DNA of 64,000 nucleotides from a virus (Duplodnaviria > Caudoviricetes). Each line of letters begins with the position of its first letter. Position 1 is the stretch's first letter. Made by a program: the position numbers and the translations under genes. The stretch lies in the IMG/VR virus record IMGVR_UViG_3300032373_000001. One strand, written 5' to 3'. The notes below the pieces were generated by a model. That model saw only the letters and a list, made by a program, of their open reading frames with translations. It was not told the DNA's origin and searched no databases. This document shows positions 9,619 through 18,611 of this stretch, one piece after another.

Positions 9619-10067
9619 TCTTCCCCCCACAGGCCCTTGAACGCTTTGTGGGTCTCCGTTGCCTTTTCCTTGAGCCAGTCCGGCACACGCACGGGACGCA
9701 TCACCCGCTTCATGTAGCGGGCGTCCTCCCCGGCTGGGGCTGAGATGTAGATCTTGCCCGTTCGGATGGCACCCATCACCTCACGACCCACGGCAGCGTT
9801 GCCCTCCCGGTCAGTGTCGATGAATGGGTGCTCCTCCTTCATGACTGAAGGGAAGTAGGCAACGGGGTACTTGACTCCCGCGCCGACCAGGTCCAGGGAG
9901 ATCATGCCATCGCCCAAGCTGAGCACCGCGCAGCCGTACTTGCCTCCTCGGTGGAGGCAGTAGCCCTTGGCGAGGGCAGTCAGCTCTTCGAGGTCAGTCC
10001 CTGCCCCCAGGATGTACTGTTCCGCTATGTTGACGCGACCATAGCGGAAGGCCATTGCGACGTACAT
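9615..10067 (-). CDS. Hypothetical protein
   Basis: RBS GGAGGG, TGATG coupling. Confidence 0.65.
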   Translation of the reverse strand: MYVAMAFRYGRVNIAEQYILGAGTDLEELTALAKGYCLHRGGKYGCAVLSLGDGMISLDLVGAGVKYPVAYFPSVMKEEHPFIDTDREGNAAVGREVMGAIRTGKIYISAPAGEDARYMKRVMRPVRVPDWLKEKATETHKAFKGLWGEE

Positions 10068-11536
10068 CAACCCTCCGTGCCCTTGGTGCCACTCAGTTCC
10101 TCGTAGATTTGGCCCCAAAGACCTTCCAGTTCACGGGCCAGGCTATCGACCGCGCCTTCGGGCAGTCGGACGACCTTGCCGCTCGTGAGCAGCTCCTTGA
10201 CGTCACGGGGGAACTCCGCACGGAAGGCTTCGGACTCTTCGGCTCGGCGAAGCTCCAACTGGTCTCGGAGCTGGGCCACCTCTCGGCGCAGAGACTCGTA
10301 AGCGGAGCCCTCCGGCTCGATTGCGGGTTCCGGGGGCGGTGCTGGGGTCGGGTGGGTGCGCAAAGGAAACACGTTCTCGGGCTCCTCGGGGGGCGGGGCA
10401 ACAACGGGCGGAGCAAGAACCTTCTGGGGCTGAAGCCTTCCGCCTCGGCCGAAGAGGGAGTCGAACAGGGTCTGCCAAGCGGGGGAGGTCAGCTGGTCCC
10501 GGCCGAGGCGGAAGGCTTCAGCGTAGATCGGTGCTGCCTTGGCGTGGGTCTCGAAGGCTTCGGGGCCAAGCCGGAACCAAGCCTGCTGGGTCTTGGTCAG
10601 GTCCTCCCACTCGCCCTTCTTGGCCGTGGCCTTCAGGAGCTGCCAGACGGCGGAACGGCACGAGCTGCAGAACTTGCCTCCGTAGGAGGATTCCCGGTCC
10701 GGGTGGCGGACGCAGGGCTGGGACGGGGGACCCTTGGGGGTCTCTCCCACTTCTTCGGTCTCAACCGTATCGATTTCGGTCACGTCTTCCTCGGGGGGTG
10801 GTGGGAACGGTCCCTTGAGCCGGTTGACTGCAACCGCCCTGCGGACCTTTCGAATTACCTCTTGGTAGACTTGGGTGACGCGGGACTCCGTTACTCCCAG
10901 CGCCTGGCCGATCTTCTTGTATGTGGTGCCCCGCAGGATCTCTTGGAGGACGTATCGATCTCGTTCCGAGAACCAACCCACCCGGATACAGGTCCGGAGC
11001 GCTGCTTGAAGCCCCGCCCGCTCTTCGAGGCGAATGACGTCCGTAATCACATCGGAATCCGATGCGATTTCCTCTTCGAGCAAGCGGTTCTCGGCGCCCG
11101 ATTCGCTGGTGGGCTGGCTCAGGCTCAAGTTGTTCTGCAGGATCTCCCGGTGGCGGGCTTCCTCGTACTGGGGGCGGGTGATTCCAGCCCGCTCCAAGAC
11201 CTCTTCGAAGCCCAACTCGGGACGGGTACGGCGCAGCTCTTCGACTCTACGAAGGCGGTCATTGGAGAGGCGGTGGTATCCGGAAGAAGTCGTGTGCTTC
11301 CGGATCACATCTACCAGTCGGTAGTCGAAGAGGGCCTTGAAGTAAGCGGACCAGACCCCTCCCCCTTTCCGGCAGAACTCTCGGTGCAGCAGGACTGCCG
11401 CCAGGGAAGCCATCTGCCCCAGGTCCTCCCACTCAAGTGAGGAGCCCCCGTAGATGGCGCGGGCTCTTGCCTGAGCCCAGAGAATCTGCCGGGATGTCAG
11501 CTTCGGTTGCTTTCTCGGCTTTGCGCAAGGCTGCAT
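10067..11536 (-). CDS. Sigma70-family (FliA/WhiG-like) factor with C-terminal Zn-finger-like and coiled-coil extension
   Basis: Region 2 WEDLGQMA...AYFKALFDYRLVDVIRK; region 4 SERDRYVL...TYKKIGQALGVTESRVTQVYQEVIRK; CVRH-x11-CSSC. Confidence 0.75.
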   Translation of the reverse strand: MQPCAKPRKQPKLTSRQILWAQARARAIYGGSSLEWEDLGQMASLAAVLLHREFCRKGGGVWSAYFKALFDYRLVDVIRKHTTSSGYHRLSNDRLRRVEELRRTRPELGFEEVLERAGITRPQYEEARHREILQNNLSLSQPTSESGAENRLLEEEIASDSDVITDVIRLEERAGLQAALRTCIRVGWFSERDRYVLQEILRGTTYKKIGQALGVTESRVTQVYQEVIRKVRRAVAVNRLKGPFPPPPEEDVTEIDTVETEEVGETPKGPPSQPCVRHPDRESSYGGKFCSSCRSAVWQLLKATAKKGEWEDLTKTQQAWFRLGPEAFETHAKAAPIYAEAFRLGRDQLTSPAWQTLFDSLFGRGGRLQPQKVLAPPVVAPPPEEPENVFPLRTHPTPAPPPEPAIEPEGSAYESLRREVAQLRDQLELRRAEESEAFRAEFPRDVKELLTSGKVVRLPEGAVDSLARELEGLWGQIYEELSGTKGTEG

Positions 11537-12359
11537 AGGTCTTCCCTGGTCCGCAGCTGTTCAAGACATGGACAGGCACCATCTGATACCGGAACCACTC
11601 AGCTGTCTTTTTGCCGTTCTTGTAGGCCCGCACCGACCGCTCCAAGGCGCGATGGCACCCCACGCAGAGCCTGGAGGACCCCTTTGGGGGAGATGCTGGG
11701 TGACGCCAGCACCCCTCCAGCATGCGGTTTTCCAGCAGGAAGCGGTTGACGCTCTTGCGCCAGAGTTCATCGAACCACAGGCGGGATTTGCCCATCCGCT
11801 CCGCGACCTCGACACCGCTGTAGCCCTCCAAGTAGAGGCGGAAGGCTTCGCGGTCGCGGTCGCTCTTCAGGGACTCAAGGAACCGCTGGAGGAGGTTGTT
11901 CCTGACAGGGTCCAAGTATTCGGTGGAAAGACCCCTGTAGGGGTCTTGTTCTTCTTCGGAGGACCTCGGGGTGTAGTAGGAGAGCATGTGGTGGCGGTAG
12001 TAGTCCAGGTCGATCCCCGCCCGCTCGCAGGCGGCAACCTCGGTCGCCGGCCGTCCGAGCCGGAGGAGTTCTTGGCGCTCTCGGTACACCCGTCGGCGAA
12101 GGTGCTGAACCACGTAGGGCTGGCCTATGTTCCTCCGGCGATAGTTCTCGGCTTCTCGAAGGTAGCCCGTGCGCAAGATGTGGTGCCGCCAGTTCTCCCA
12201 GGAGCCCTTAGTCTCGTCCCAGGTATCCCGCGCCTTGAGAAGTAACTCCCAGCCGATCTGGGTCACGTCATCCCAGTCCAGGTCATAGAACATGGCCCAA
12301 GAGGATCTCGCCGTCAGTTCGACCTTACGCTTGTCTGCTGGCGTCGGGCACCAATCCAT
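11433..12359 (-). CDS. Sigma70-family factor with C-terminal Zn-finger-like module
   Basis: Region 2 DWDDVTQIGWELLLKARDTWDETKG; region 4 DRDREAFRLYLEGYSGVEVAERMG; CWRH-x11-CVGC. Confidence 0.75.
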   Translation of the reverse strand: MDWCPTPADKRKVELTARSSWAMFYDLDWDDVTQIGWELLLKARDTWDETKGSWENWRHHILRTGYLREAENYRRRNIGQPYVVQHLRRRVYRERQELLRLGRPATEVAACERAGIDLDYYRHHMLSYYTPRSSEEEQDPYRGLSTEYLDPVRNNLLQRFLESLKSDRDREAFRLYLEGYSGVEVAERMGKSRLWFDELWRKSVNRFLLENRMLEGCWRHPASPPKGSSRLCVGCHRALERSVRAYKNGKKTAEWFRYQMVPVHVLNSCGPGKTYAALRKAEKATEADIPADSLGSGKSPRHLRGLLT

Positions 12360-12399
12360 CGACTTCCTCCCCCCCTATCTTACTTACCGCAAGCACAGG

Positions 12400-13065
12400 C
12401 TACCAGACGCGGGTAGCTTCCCCATCTTCCCCTAAGCCGATGCCGATGAGGGGGACCTGCCTCTGGAGGAAGCTGTAGATGATCCGAATCGCTGGGGTAG
12501 TGGTCTCATTCCAGCAGACCACCATCTTGAGTTCCGGATAGATGCGAACCCCAAGACGGTCGGTGAAGAACAAGATCGGGTGCTCGTCTCCCGCGAGACT
12601 CTGGTAAAGCTCGGCAGCTTGCCTGTCATGACCGCAGTGGACCAGCCGCAGGAGGCACACGGCTTGCTCCTCGCTGATGCCAGTGCAGTACACGAAGCAC
12701 TCAAAGGCGCGAGGTTCTTCTATGCCCAAGCGGTAGTGATCCGTGCCCGCTCCGACCTGGCGGAAGACCATCGGTCGCGCGAGCAAACTCGCATCGCAAA
12801 GGTAGCTCCACCTCTCCGGGGGTGTTCCCAGGCGGTGCTGAAGCCACCGACGGAGCCAGAAGCTGGCCGCATCCCCGCCCATCTTGCGGGTGCGCTTGAA
12901 GAACCAGTCGGGGATCTCTACGTTGAGGTGATCCTGGGGACCCCAAAAAGTAACGGCCTGGTGGGCGCTGATCGGGTTGCGTGGTCCGACCCGCCAACGG
13001 ATCCGCTGACCCTGCAGGCTGTCGAAGAGCCAGTCGAGATGGTATTCCTGTTCAGTTCGAAGCAC
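12400..13065 (-). CDS. Hypothetical protein
   Basis: GTG start overlapping upstream gene end. Confidence 0.55.
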   Translation of the reverse strand: MLRTEQEYHLDWLFDSLQGQRIRWRVGPRNPISAHQAVTFWGPQDHLNVEIPDWFFKRTRKMGGDAASFWLRRWLQHRLGTPPERWSYLCDASLLARPMVFRQVGAGTDHYRLGIEEPRAFECFVYCTGISEEQAVCLLRLVHCGHDRQAAELYQSLAGDEHPILFFTDRLGVRIYPELKMVVCWNETTTPAIRIIYSFLQRQVPLIGIGLGEDGEATRVW

Positions 13066-13624
13066 GGCGCAGGGACTCCAGTTCTTGCTGGAGCTTCCGG
13101 ACCTCGATGGAGAGCTGACCATTGAGGTGTTGGAAGGTGGAAGCCTGCTTCCGTGCTTCGGAGTACTGGCCCCAGGCATGCTTCAGCAAACCCTGGGAGC
13201 GTGCCTGCTCCTCGTGGAGGAGGTCGGTCTGCTTGGTCAAGGCCGTCTGGAGGTTGTCGACGTCCCGCTGGAGCTGGGCTGCCTCGTGGGTCGGGTGCAG
13301 CAGGTGTTCCCGTCGTCGCTGCTCGACCCGCATCAGCTCTTGGCTCAACACCGAGCGGACGGCACTGAGCAGCTCCCGCGCTGGGATGTTGAGGTCGGCC
13401 TTGTTGTCGGCTGGCCTCATCAACGCCAACCCCAGGATTTCGGGGGCCTCCAGGTTGAGCAAGGACCGGAGCTTCTGGGCAGTGGCGTAGGAGGGCTTGC
13501 CTCCGCACTCCAACCGTGAGATGACGCTCCGCGTCAGGCCGAAGCGGCCCCCAAAGACCGTCTGAGAGTCGTAACCTCGCAGGATGCGAAGCTGTCGGGC
13601 GAGCCGGGTCTTGTACTCTTGCAC
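13052..13624 (-). CDS. XRE-family HTH regulator with coiled-coil tail
   Basis: LRILRGYDSQTVFGGRFGLTRSVISRLECG; heptad-rich C-terminus. Confidence 0.75.
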   Translation of the reverse strand: MQEYKTRLARQLRILRGYDSQTVFGGRFGLTRSVISRLECGGKPSYATAQKLRSLLNLEAPEILGLALMRPADNKADLNIPARELLSAVRSVLSQELMRVEQRRREHLLHPTHEAAQLQRDVDNLQTALTKQTDLLHEEQARSQGLLKHAWGQYSEARKQASTFQHLNGQLSIEVRKLQQELESLRRASN

Positions 13625-13628
13625 CAGG

Positions 13629-13649
13629 CACCTCCTTAGTCAGGAGGTG
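13629..13649 (-). promoter_or_regulatory. RBS-sequestering hairpin
   Basis: CACCTCCT-gacta-AGGAGGTG, then 4 nt to GTG start at 13624. Confidence 0.7.
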
Positions 13650-13657
13650 TTACCTGA

Positions 13658-14059
13658 TCAAAGAGTCCGGACACTCCCGTCACCCCAGGGCCAGTTGCCC
13701 TGAGGTTCCTCACATTCTTCCAATCTCTCCAGGAGGTTGCCATCCCACCAGACGGTGAGGTCATAGGGGGCGGGCTCGCCCGTCACATCCTCAGCCATCC
13801 AGCACTCTTGAGCCAGATCCCAGGCATCACAGAGCGCATCACATGCCTGGGGGTCGAAGAAGTCGCAAGCCACGGCGATGTGAGCGCTGATGGAGCCCAG
13901 GCAGTTCGCATCGTACTGGGGGCTCGACCCCCAGTCCTCGCACTCCTCCAGGCGGCCCATCCAATCCCCTACGTCGCCGCTAAACTCCGTAGCGTCAGGG
14001 CAGACGTTCTCGGGGATCATGACAGCTTGAGCCCCGTTGAGCAGGAAAACCAGCAACAT
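13658..14059 (-). CDS. Acidic hypothetical protein
   Basis: RBS AGGAGGTGAG; start MLLVFLL. Confidence 0.6.
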   Translation of the reverse strand: MLLVFLLNGAQAVMIPENVCPDATEFSGDVGDWMGRLEECEDWGSSPQYDANCLGSISAHIAVACDFFDPQACDALCDAWDLAQECWMAEDVTGEPAPYDLTVWWDGNLLERLEECEEPQGNWPWGDGSVRTL

Positions 14060-14102
14060 TCCCTCACCTCCTACTCTTAGAGAGCCTGGATAGCCAGGAG
14101 AC

Positions 14103-14744
14103 CTACATGAGATCCCGGAAAGCCTTCCGGAAGGTGTTCTGCTTGCTCGCCTCGTCGCGGATCTCTCGGGCAAGTTGGGGGTCCAGCGGGTTCCAGGTCG
14201 ACCACCTCTTCAGAGTACCGTTCCGGTCCAACCTCTTGAGGGTTGAGGTCTCCAGACCTGCCGAACGCAAGCGGCCGATCAGCGGGTCATGAGGGCGGTA
14301 GTCATGGCCGCAATTGCCGCAGAAGTTGGCCGCTGCGGGGAAGCGAGTACTCTCGCAGACCGGACACTCAGTGATGGGGTTGCTGAGCTTGTACCCCCGA
14401 CCGCAGCTGTAGCAGTACTGGGCATCGGCAGGAGTCCTCGCCGCCTCACAGAAGCCACACTTCTTGCTCTCTTCCGGGGTCGGCACATATGCCTTGAGCT
14501 GAAGCCTCTCTCCCAGAGCTTCGTAGGCGAGGTTCAGGTCCCGTGTCTTCAGGCCCCTCGCTTCTTTCTCCTCGGGGTCCTGGGTGAAGTCGGGGTGGTG
14601 TTCACGGAGCAGCTTGCGCCACTGAGGTTTCAAGACCTCTTCCTTCCACCGGGCGACCTCTTCGTTAACCTCGGCCTGCTTCATGGTCTTAGAGATCTTG
14701 GGGCGCGGGAGCTCCAGCACCTCCATGGCTCGCTTCAGTTTCAT
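14103..14744 (-). CDS. J-domain (DnaJ-like) protein with double zinc ribbon
   Basis: WRKLLREHHPD...DLNLAYEAL; four CxxC pairs. Confidence 0.75.
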   Translation of the reverse strand: MKLKRAMEVLELPRPKISKTMKQAEVNEEVARWKEEVLKPQWRKLLREHHPDFTQDPEEKEARGLKTRDLNLAYEALGERLQLKAYVPTPEESKKCGFCEAARTPADAQYCYSCGRGYKLSNPITECPVCESTRFPAAANFCGNCGHDYRPHDPLIGRLRSAGLETSTLKRLDRNGTLKRWSTWNPLDPQLAREIRDEASKQNTFRKAFRDLM

Positions 14745-14747
14745 GGG

Positions 14748-14858
14748 CTACTCCTCGCCCAGGGATGCCATGTGGAAGCGGAGTCTCCACCCGTCCCTGC
14801 CTCGGACAGGCACGACCCCCCCGAACGGGACAGGACCGTATCGGGTCCTGTGGCTCAT
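14748..14858 (-). CDS. Small hypothetical protein (36 aa)
   Basis: ATGA coupling. Confidence 0.4.
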   Translation of the reverse strand: MSHRTRYGPVPFGGVVPVRGRDGWRLRFHMASLGEE

Positions 14859-15067
14859 CGGCTCTCCCGCGTAGGGGCGGCGTGGTATTCCCGCTCCAAG
14901 ATGCCCAAGAAGCGGCGAACCTTCTCCGGGTCCTCCCCTCGAACTTCGAGGGTGCCGTCGCGGAAGTGCATGACGGCCACTCCCTCCTGCTCCGCCCGCT
15001 CGTGGATCCGGACGCGCTGCGCGGCGCTTCGCAGGACTCTCCAGGGGATATAGGCGTACTGCCACAT
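14855..15067 (-). CDS. Small hypothetical protein
   Basis: Start MWQYAY after AGAGG. Confidence 0.55.
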   Translation of the reverse strand: MWQYAYIPWRVLRSAAQRVRIHERAEQEGVAVMHFRDGTLEVRGEDPEKVRRFLGILEREYHAAPTRESR

Positions 15068-15075
15068 GGGGACCT

Positions 15076-15519
15076 CTACTTGCGTTGTTGAAGGACGGTA
15101 CACGCCCGGTGCGTGAGCCGCCACCCGAACGGATTACCGCTCCGAGAACACCTGCGGAGGTAGCCTGCACGCTCAAGACGCCCCAAGGGGGCCAGGGCCT
15201 CTTCGGGTCGTGCGCCTGAGCGTGCTGCCAGGTCCTCAGTGTTGAACCCTTCCCAATCCCAGACGCGCCGCAACCAATACGACTCCTCGGACGTGTCCCC
15301 CTTCAGCGCTTCCCGCACCCCACGAGTCTCCCGAGAGAGGCAGGCAGCGCCGATACCCAAGAGGGTAGTCTGCACGGCAACCTGGGTCGGCGACAGACCC
15401 CCCAAGGCACGAATTTCGGCCATCGCCTTCGCGAGGCGGTCGGGCTGGTCGAACAAGCCGTAGAAGCGGTCGGTGAGGTCGAGGGTGTAGCCGCTTCGGA
15501 TCTCCGTTTCCCAGTCCAT
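15076..15519 (-). CDS. Hypothetical protein with C-terminal winged-helix-like segment
   Basis: TEDLAARSG...LGRLERAGYL...WRLT. Confidence 0.55.
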   Translation of the reverse strand: MDWETEIRSGYTLDLTDRFYGLFDQPDRLAKAMAEIRALGGLSPTQVAVQTTLLGIGAACLSRETRGVREALKGDTSEESYWLRRVWDWEGFNTEDLAARSGARPEEALAPLGRLERAGYLRRCSRSGNPFGWRLTHRACTVLQQRK

Positions 15520-15522
15520 CGC

Positions 15523-15702
15523 TCAGTCCTCCAGCTTGTCCTTGATCTTCTCGAAGCGGCTGTCGGAGGTCTGAATCCGCGCCTTGAGTGCGGGGGTCAG
15601 GACCATCATCTCCAGGGGGCCTCGATGCCCGTATCCGGCGAGGTCATGCTCGATGGCGAGGGACTTGATCCGCTCGATCTGCTCCGGGGTCGGCATCTTC
15701 AT
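15523..15702 (-). CDS. Small hypothetical protein (59 aa, not in ORF track)
   Basis: Manual translation MKMPTPEQIERIKSLAIEHDL...; fills intergenic gap. Confidence 0.6.
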   Translation of the reverse strand: MKMPTPEQIERIKSLAIEHDLAGYGHRGPLEMMVLTPALKARIQTSDSRFEKIKDKLED

Positions 15703-15734
15703 GGCCAGAGCTCCAGGGTTGGGGGCTTGGAGGT

Positions 15735-16469
15735 TTAAGGCTTACCGTTGAACCTCCCCGTGCGGGTGAGACCTGCATACCAGGCGGGATTGCAACGGGA
15801 GGCTACCGGTGAGCGAGGGGGATGCCCGGAGGAGCGGAAGTGTACGACCTCGTCCAGGGAAATCATCGCGGAGCGGCGGAGCCGATGGCTCCACCCCTTG
15901 AGCCCGAACCTCTCCGCCAAGTTGGTTTTCTTCTTGTCCCGGCGAGCTTCGGAGAGGTCTCCCGCTTTCTGGCGGTTCTTCTTCGTCAGCGAACGCCGCT
16001 GTTTCCGGTTGAGCAGCGGGTGCCGCAAGAGGATCTTGTAGGAGGATTGGCCGAAGAGGTTCCCACCCTCCAAGAACTCGGCGAGGTCTTGGCACAGCAC
16101 CCGGAGTAGGCGATAGGGGTGATTGGGCGGCTTCCAGTACATCCGCCAGTGTCTCGCCGTCGCGGTCACCTCGTCATACTCAGGGCTCAAGAGGCGAGCG
16201 ATGCTCGCCGCTGAGTCTTCTCCCTCGCGAAGCCACTGAGCGAACTCGGCTTCCTCGCGCTGATGGTGCTTGTACTGGCGCAGTCGCATCTTGAGCCCTG
16301 CCACGATGGATTCCGGATCCGCAGCCAAGATCTCCAGGGCCTGCCGTCGATGGTTGGGGTTTTCACTCAGGAAGAGCTCCTCCCAACGAGCCCAGGCCCT
16401 CCGGTTCTCTTCCTCTACGTCCTTGCGGAGCCTGAATCCGCGCCGCTCATGATTGCCTGGTGTTGTCAT
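15735..16469 (-). CDS. Hypothetical protein (carries recurrent module variant)
   Basis: LFLSENPNHRRQALEIL. Confidence 0.55.
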   Translation of the reverse strand: MTTPGNHERRGFRLRKDVEEENRRAWARWEELFLSENPNHRRQALEILAADPESIVAGLKMRLRQYKHHQREEAEFAQWLREGEDSAASIARLLSPEYDEVTATARHWRMYWKPPNHPYRLLRVLCQDLAEFLEGGNLFGQSSYKILLRHPLLNRKQRRSLTKKNRQKAGDLSEARRDKKKTNLAERFGLKGWSHRLRRSAMISLDEVVHFRSSGHPPRSPVASRCNPAWYAGLTRTGRFNGKP

Positions 16470-16515
16470 GAGCACCCTTACTCGGGGGTACAGCCCACCA
16501 ACCGAGGAGTGCTGG

Positions 16516-17079
16516 ATGACGTGCCCGAAGTGTGGGGGAGGGGATGAGAGATGCCCGGAATGCTTGGGCTACGATTGGCATTCCGACGACGAGGCGGAGG
16601 AGAGGGCAGCTATTTCTTGGCAGATCGAATCCTACGCCGCCGCCGAATCCTTGGCCGACGACCATGAGGGGACCCTGCGGGAAGAGAACCGGGACCTGTT
16701 GGAGCAAGACCTCCTGGCGCAGATGAAACTCATCCTTGGCAGCAACGTCACAACCGAGGCCCTGCAGGATCCTGAGAGTATGACCATCGAGGACGTGCAG
16801 GCGAACGTCCACCTGTATGACCGCCTCTGGGTGGCGCTGGGGTCACTCTCCCGACTCCGGGGCTATGAGCACTCCCCCCGGTGGGTGGCGGACCTCGCCG
16901 ACCGCCAAACCCTCCTGAAGGCGCTGCAATACACGGTCCAAGACCAGCTTGCCCCGCTCAAGATCGAACGTCCGGAGTGGGGCAGTCAGGGCCATGCGGA
17001 GTACAGTCGTCAGCTCGATGAGTATGCCGACTACCTGGAGGGGTTCATCTCCCACCTCTGGCAGAAGCTGGAGGAGTAG
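16516..17079 (+). CDS. Plus-strand hypothetical protein with N-terminal Zn knuckle
   Basis: RBS GAGGAG; CPKC..CPEC; acidic helical body. Confidence 0.7.
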   Translation: MTCPKCGGGDERCPECLGYDWHSDDEAEERAAISWQIESYAAAESLADDHEGTLREENRDLLEQDLLAQMKLILGSNVTTEALQDPESMTIEDVQANVHLYDRLWVALGSLSRLRGYEHSPRWVADLADRQTLLKALQYTVQDQLAPLKIERPEWGSQGHAEYSRQLDEYADYLEGFISHLWQKLEE

Positions 17080-17080
17080 G

Positions 17081-18148
17081 TCAGACCAACCGCTCGTCGT
17101 ACCGGAACACGGCGGAAGAACCGTCGGGACTGCGGAGCAGGGTCACCGTGTAGTGAGCGGTGAGGGTGCGCTGGGATTCGTCTCTGACCTCACTCGACTG
17201 GATGTGGAAGACATAGTCCGCATCCGGGTCGGGGTAGATCGTGCCCCCCGCATCACTGCTGCGGAAGAAGATGCGCCCCTTCCCGTGGGCGCTGGGATGC
17301 CGAATGGCCGACGCCCAGTACAGATTCGTCGTGTAGAAGTCACCCGGCCCACGCCCACGCCCACGCAGGTCACGCGGGTTCTTGAATTCGCTGAGCCATC
17401 CCGCGTTGGCCTTGCCGACCCGACAGAAGAACTGACCGGCGACCTCTTCGGAGGCAATCACCTGAATCAGGCTGCCTTCCTCGAAGTCGCTGAAGAAGCT
17501 GTCGAGGGCAGGGATGCCGAACGTGAACGGGGGGCGCTCTTCGGGGGGCGTAGGGACAGCAGCCGCCTGGGCAATCAGGCTGGGGTCATGGAGCATCCGG
17601 ACCATGTCACGGGCCAGCTCCCCGCCGTTGAGGTCGAAGTTGTCAACGGTCCAGAAGACCTCGTTGCCCTGACCGTCCGAGAGGGCGACCATGTGGAACT
17701 GACCCTCTTCCGTGAGAGAGAAGCTCACCGAGGTGCCCGAGCTGGTAGTGAACTCCTCGATGAAGTCGTTGGTCTGCTCGCCCTGTTCCCTCTCATCTCG
17801 GGGGAACAGGCCCCACCGATCCTTGATCACCTGAACCACGTTGACGTGGGTCGAGGCGAGGACCAGGTCACCATGGTGCTTGGTGTCTTCCGGGCGGTGG
17901 GTTCGGGGGAAGCTGCGCAGCTTGATCCGGCGGTCGGCCAGCTTGCTGTCTTCATGGAAGAACGGGAAGTCCTCCGTGTAGACGCCGTAGCCTTGCCCCC
18001 TCAAGCCGTAGATGAAGTTCGGGAATTTCTCCAGGGCCCCCGGCCACAAGTACCACGTGACGCTCACACGGTCGTGGGCCAGAGCTTTCAGTGCGGCCAC
18101 AACGTCTTCGATGGGAACTTGCTGAGGCAGCCCCAAGATTTTCGACAT
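17081..18148 (-). CDS. Hypothetical protein with degenerate RecA/DnaB-like C-terminal domain
   Basis: FGIPALDSFF...GSLIQVI, DADYVFHI; no Walker A GKT. Confidence 0.5.
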   Translation of the reverse strand: MSKILGLPQQVPIEDVVAALKALAHDRVSVTWYLWPGALEKFPNFIYGLRGQGYGVYTEDFPFFHEDSKLADRRIKLRSFPRTHRPEDTKHHGDLVLASTHVNVVQVIKDRWGLFPRDEREQGEQTNDFIEEFTTSSGTSVSFSLTEEGQFHMVALSDGQGNEVFWTVDNFDLNGGELARDMVRMLHDPSLIAQAAAVPTPPEERPPFTFGIPALDSFFSDFEEGSLIQVIASEEVAGQFFCRVGKANAGWLSEFKNPRDLRGRGRGPGDFYTTNLYWASAIRHPSAHGKGRIFFRSSDAGGTIYPDPDADYVFHIQSSEVRDESQRTLTAHYTVTLLRSPDGSSAVFRYDERLV

Positions 18149-18206
18149 GATTTGGCTCCTTTTAGGCAAGGTTGCTTACTTGCTTCTTTATGGGATGGCA
18201 GTCTGC

Positions 18207-18398
18207 ATGTCGAACAAAGATCCCAGCTACACCGGCAACCCTGGCGGCCAGCCCCTCTACCCCAATGAGATCGACCACGGGTACGAAGAGCCCATTCGTG
18301 GGGGGACAGGGGTGATGAGGGACTTGGTCAAGAGCCTACGGCACGAGCAGGGCAGGACCTCTGCCCTGCGGGTCGCCATCCTTGCGGGAAGGGTCTGA
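18207..18398 (+). CDS. Small plus-strand protein
   Basis: Divergent from 17081-18148; start MSNKDPS. Confidence 0.55.
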   Translation: MSNKDPSYTGNPGGQPLYPNEIDHGYEEPIRGGTGVMRDLVKSLRHEQGRTSALRVAILAGRV

Positions 18399-18401
18399 CC
18401 C

Positions 18402-18611
18402 GTGAGGATTATCGTCGATTTCAGTGACCGACTGGACCTGCGGGAAGAGGTCCGGGAAGCCTTGGTTGATGCTGAGGTGCCATTCCTCCGCGAAGAGGAA
18501 TGGCTGGAGTTCTTCTTGGTCGACGGGGAACTGGACGAGGTCCAACGGCTGCTCGCGGACTTCGAGGGCGTTGCCGTGTTTCAGGATCAGGTCCTGTTCT
18601 TCATGGACTGA
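18402..18611 (+). CDS. Small acidic protein
   Basis: 69 aa, follows 18207-18398. Confidence 0.6.
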   Translation: MRIIVDFSDRLDLREEVREALVDAEVPFLREEEWLEFFLVDGELDEVQRLLADFEGVAVFQDQVLFFMD

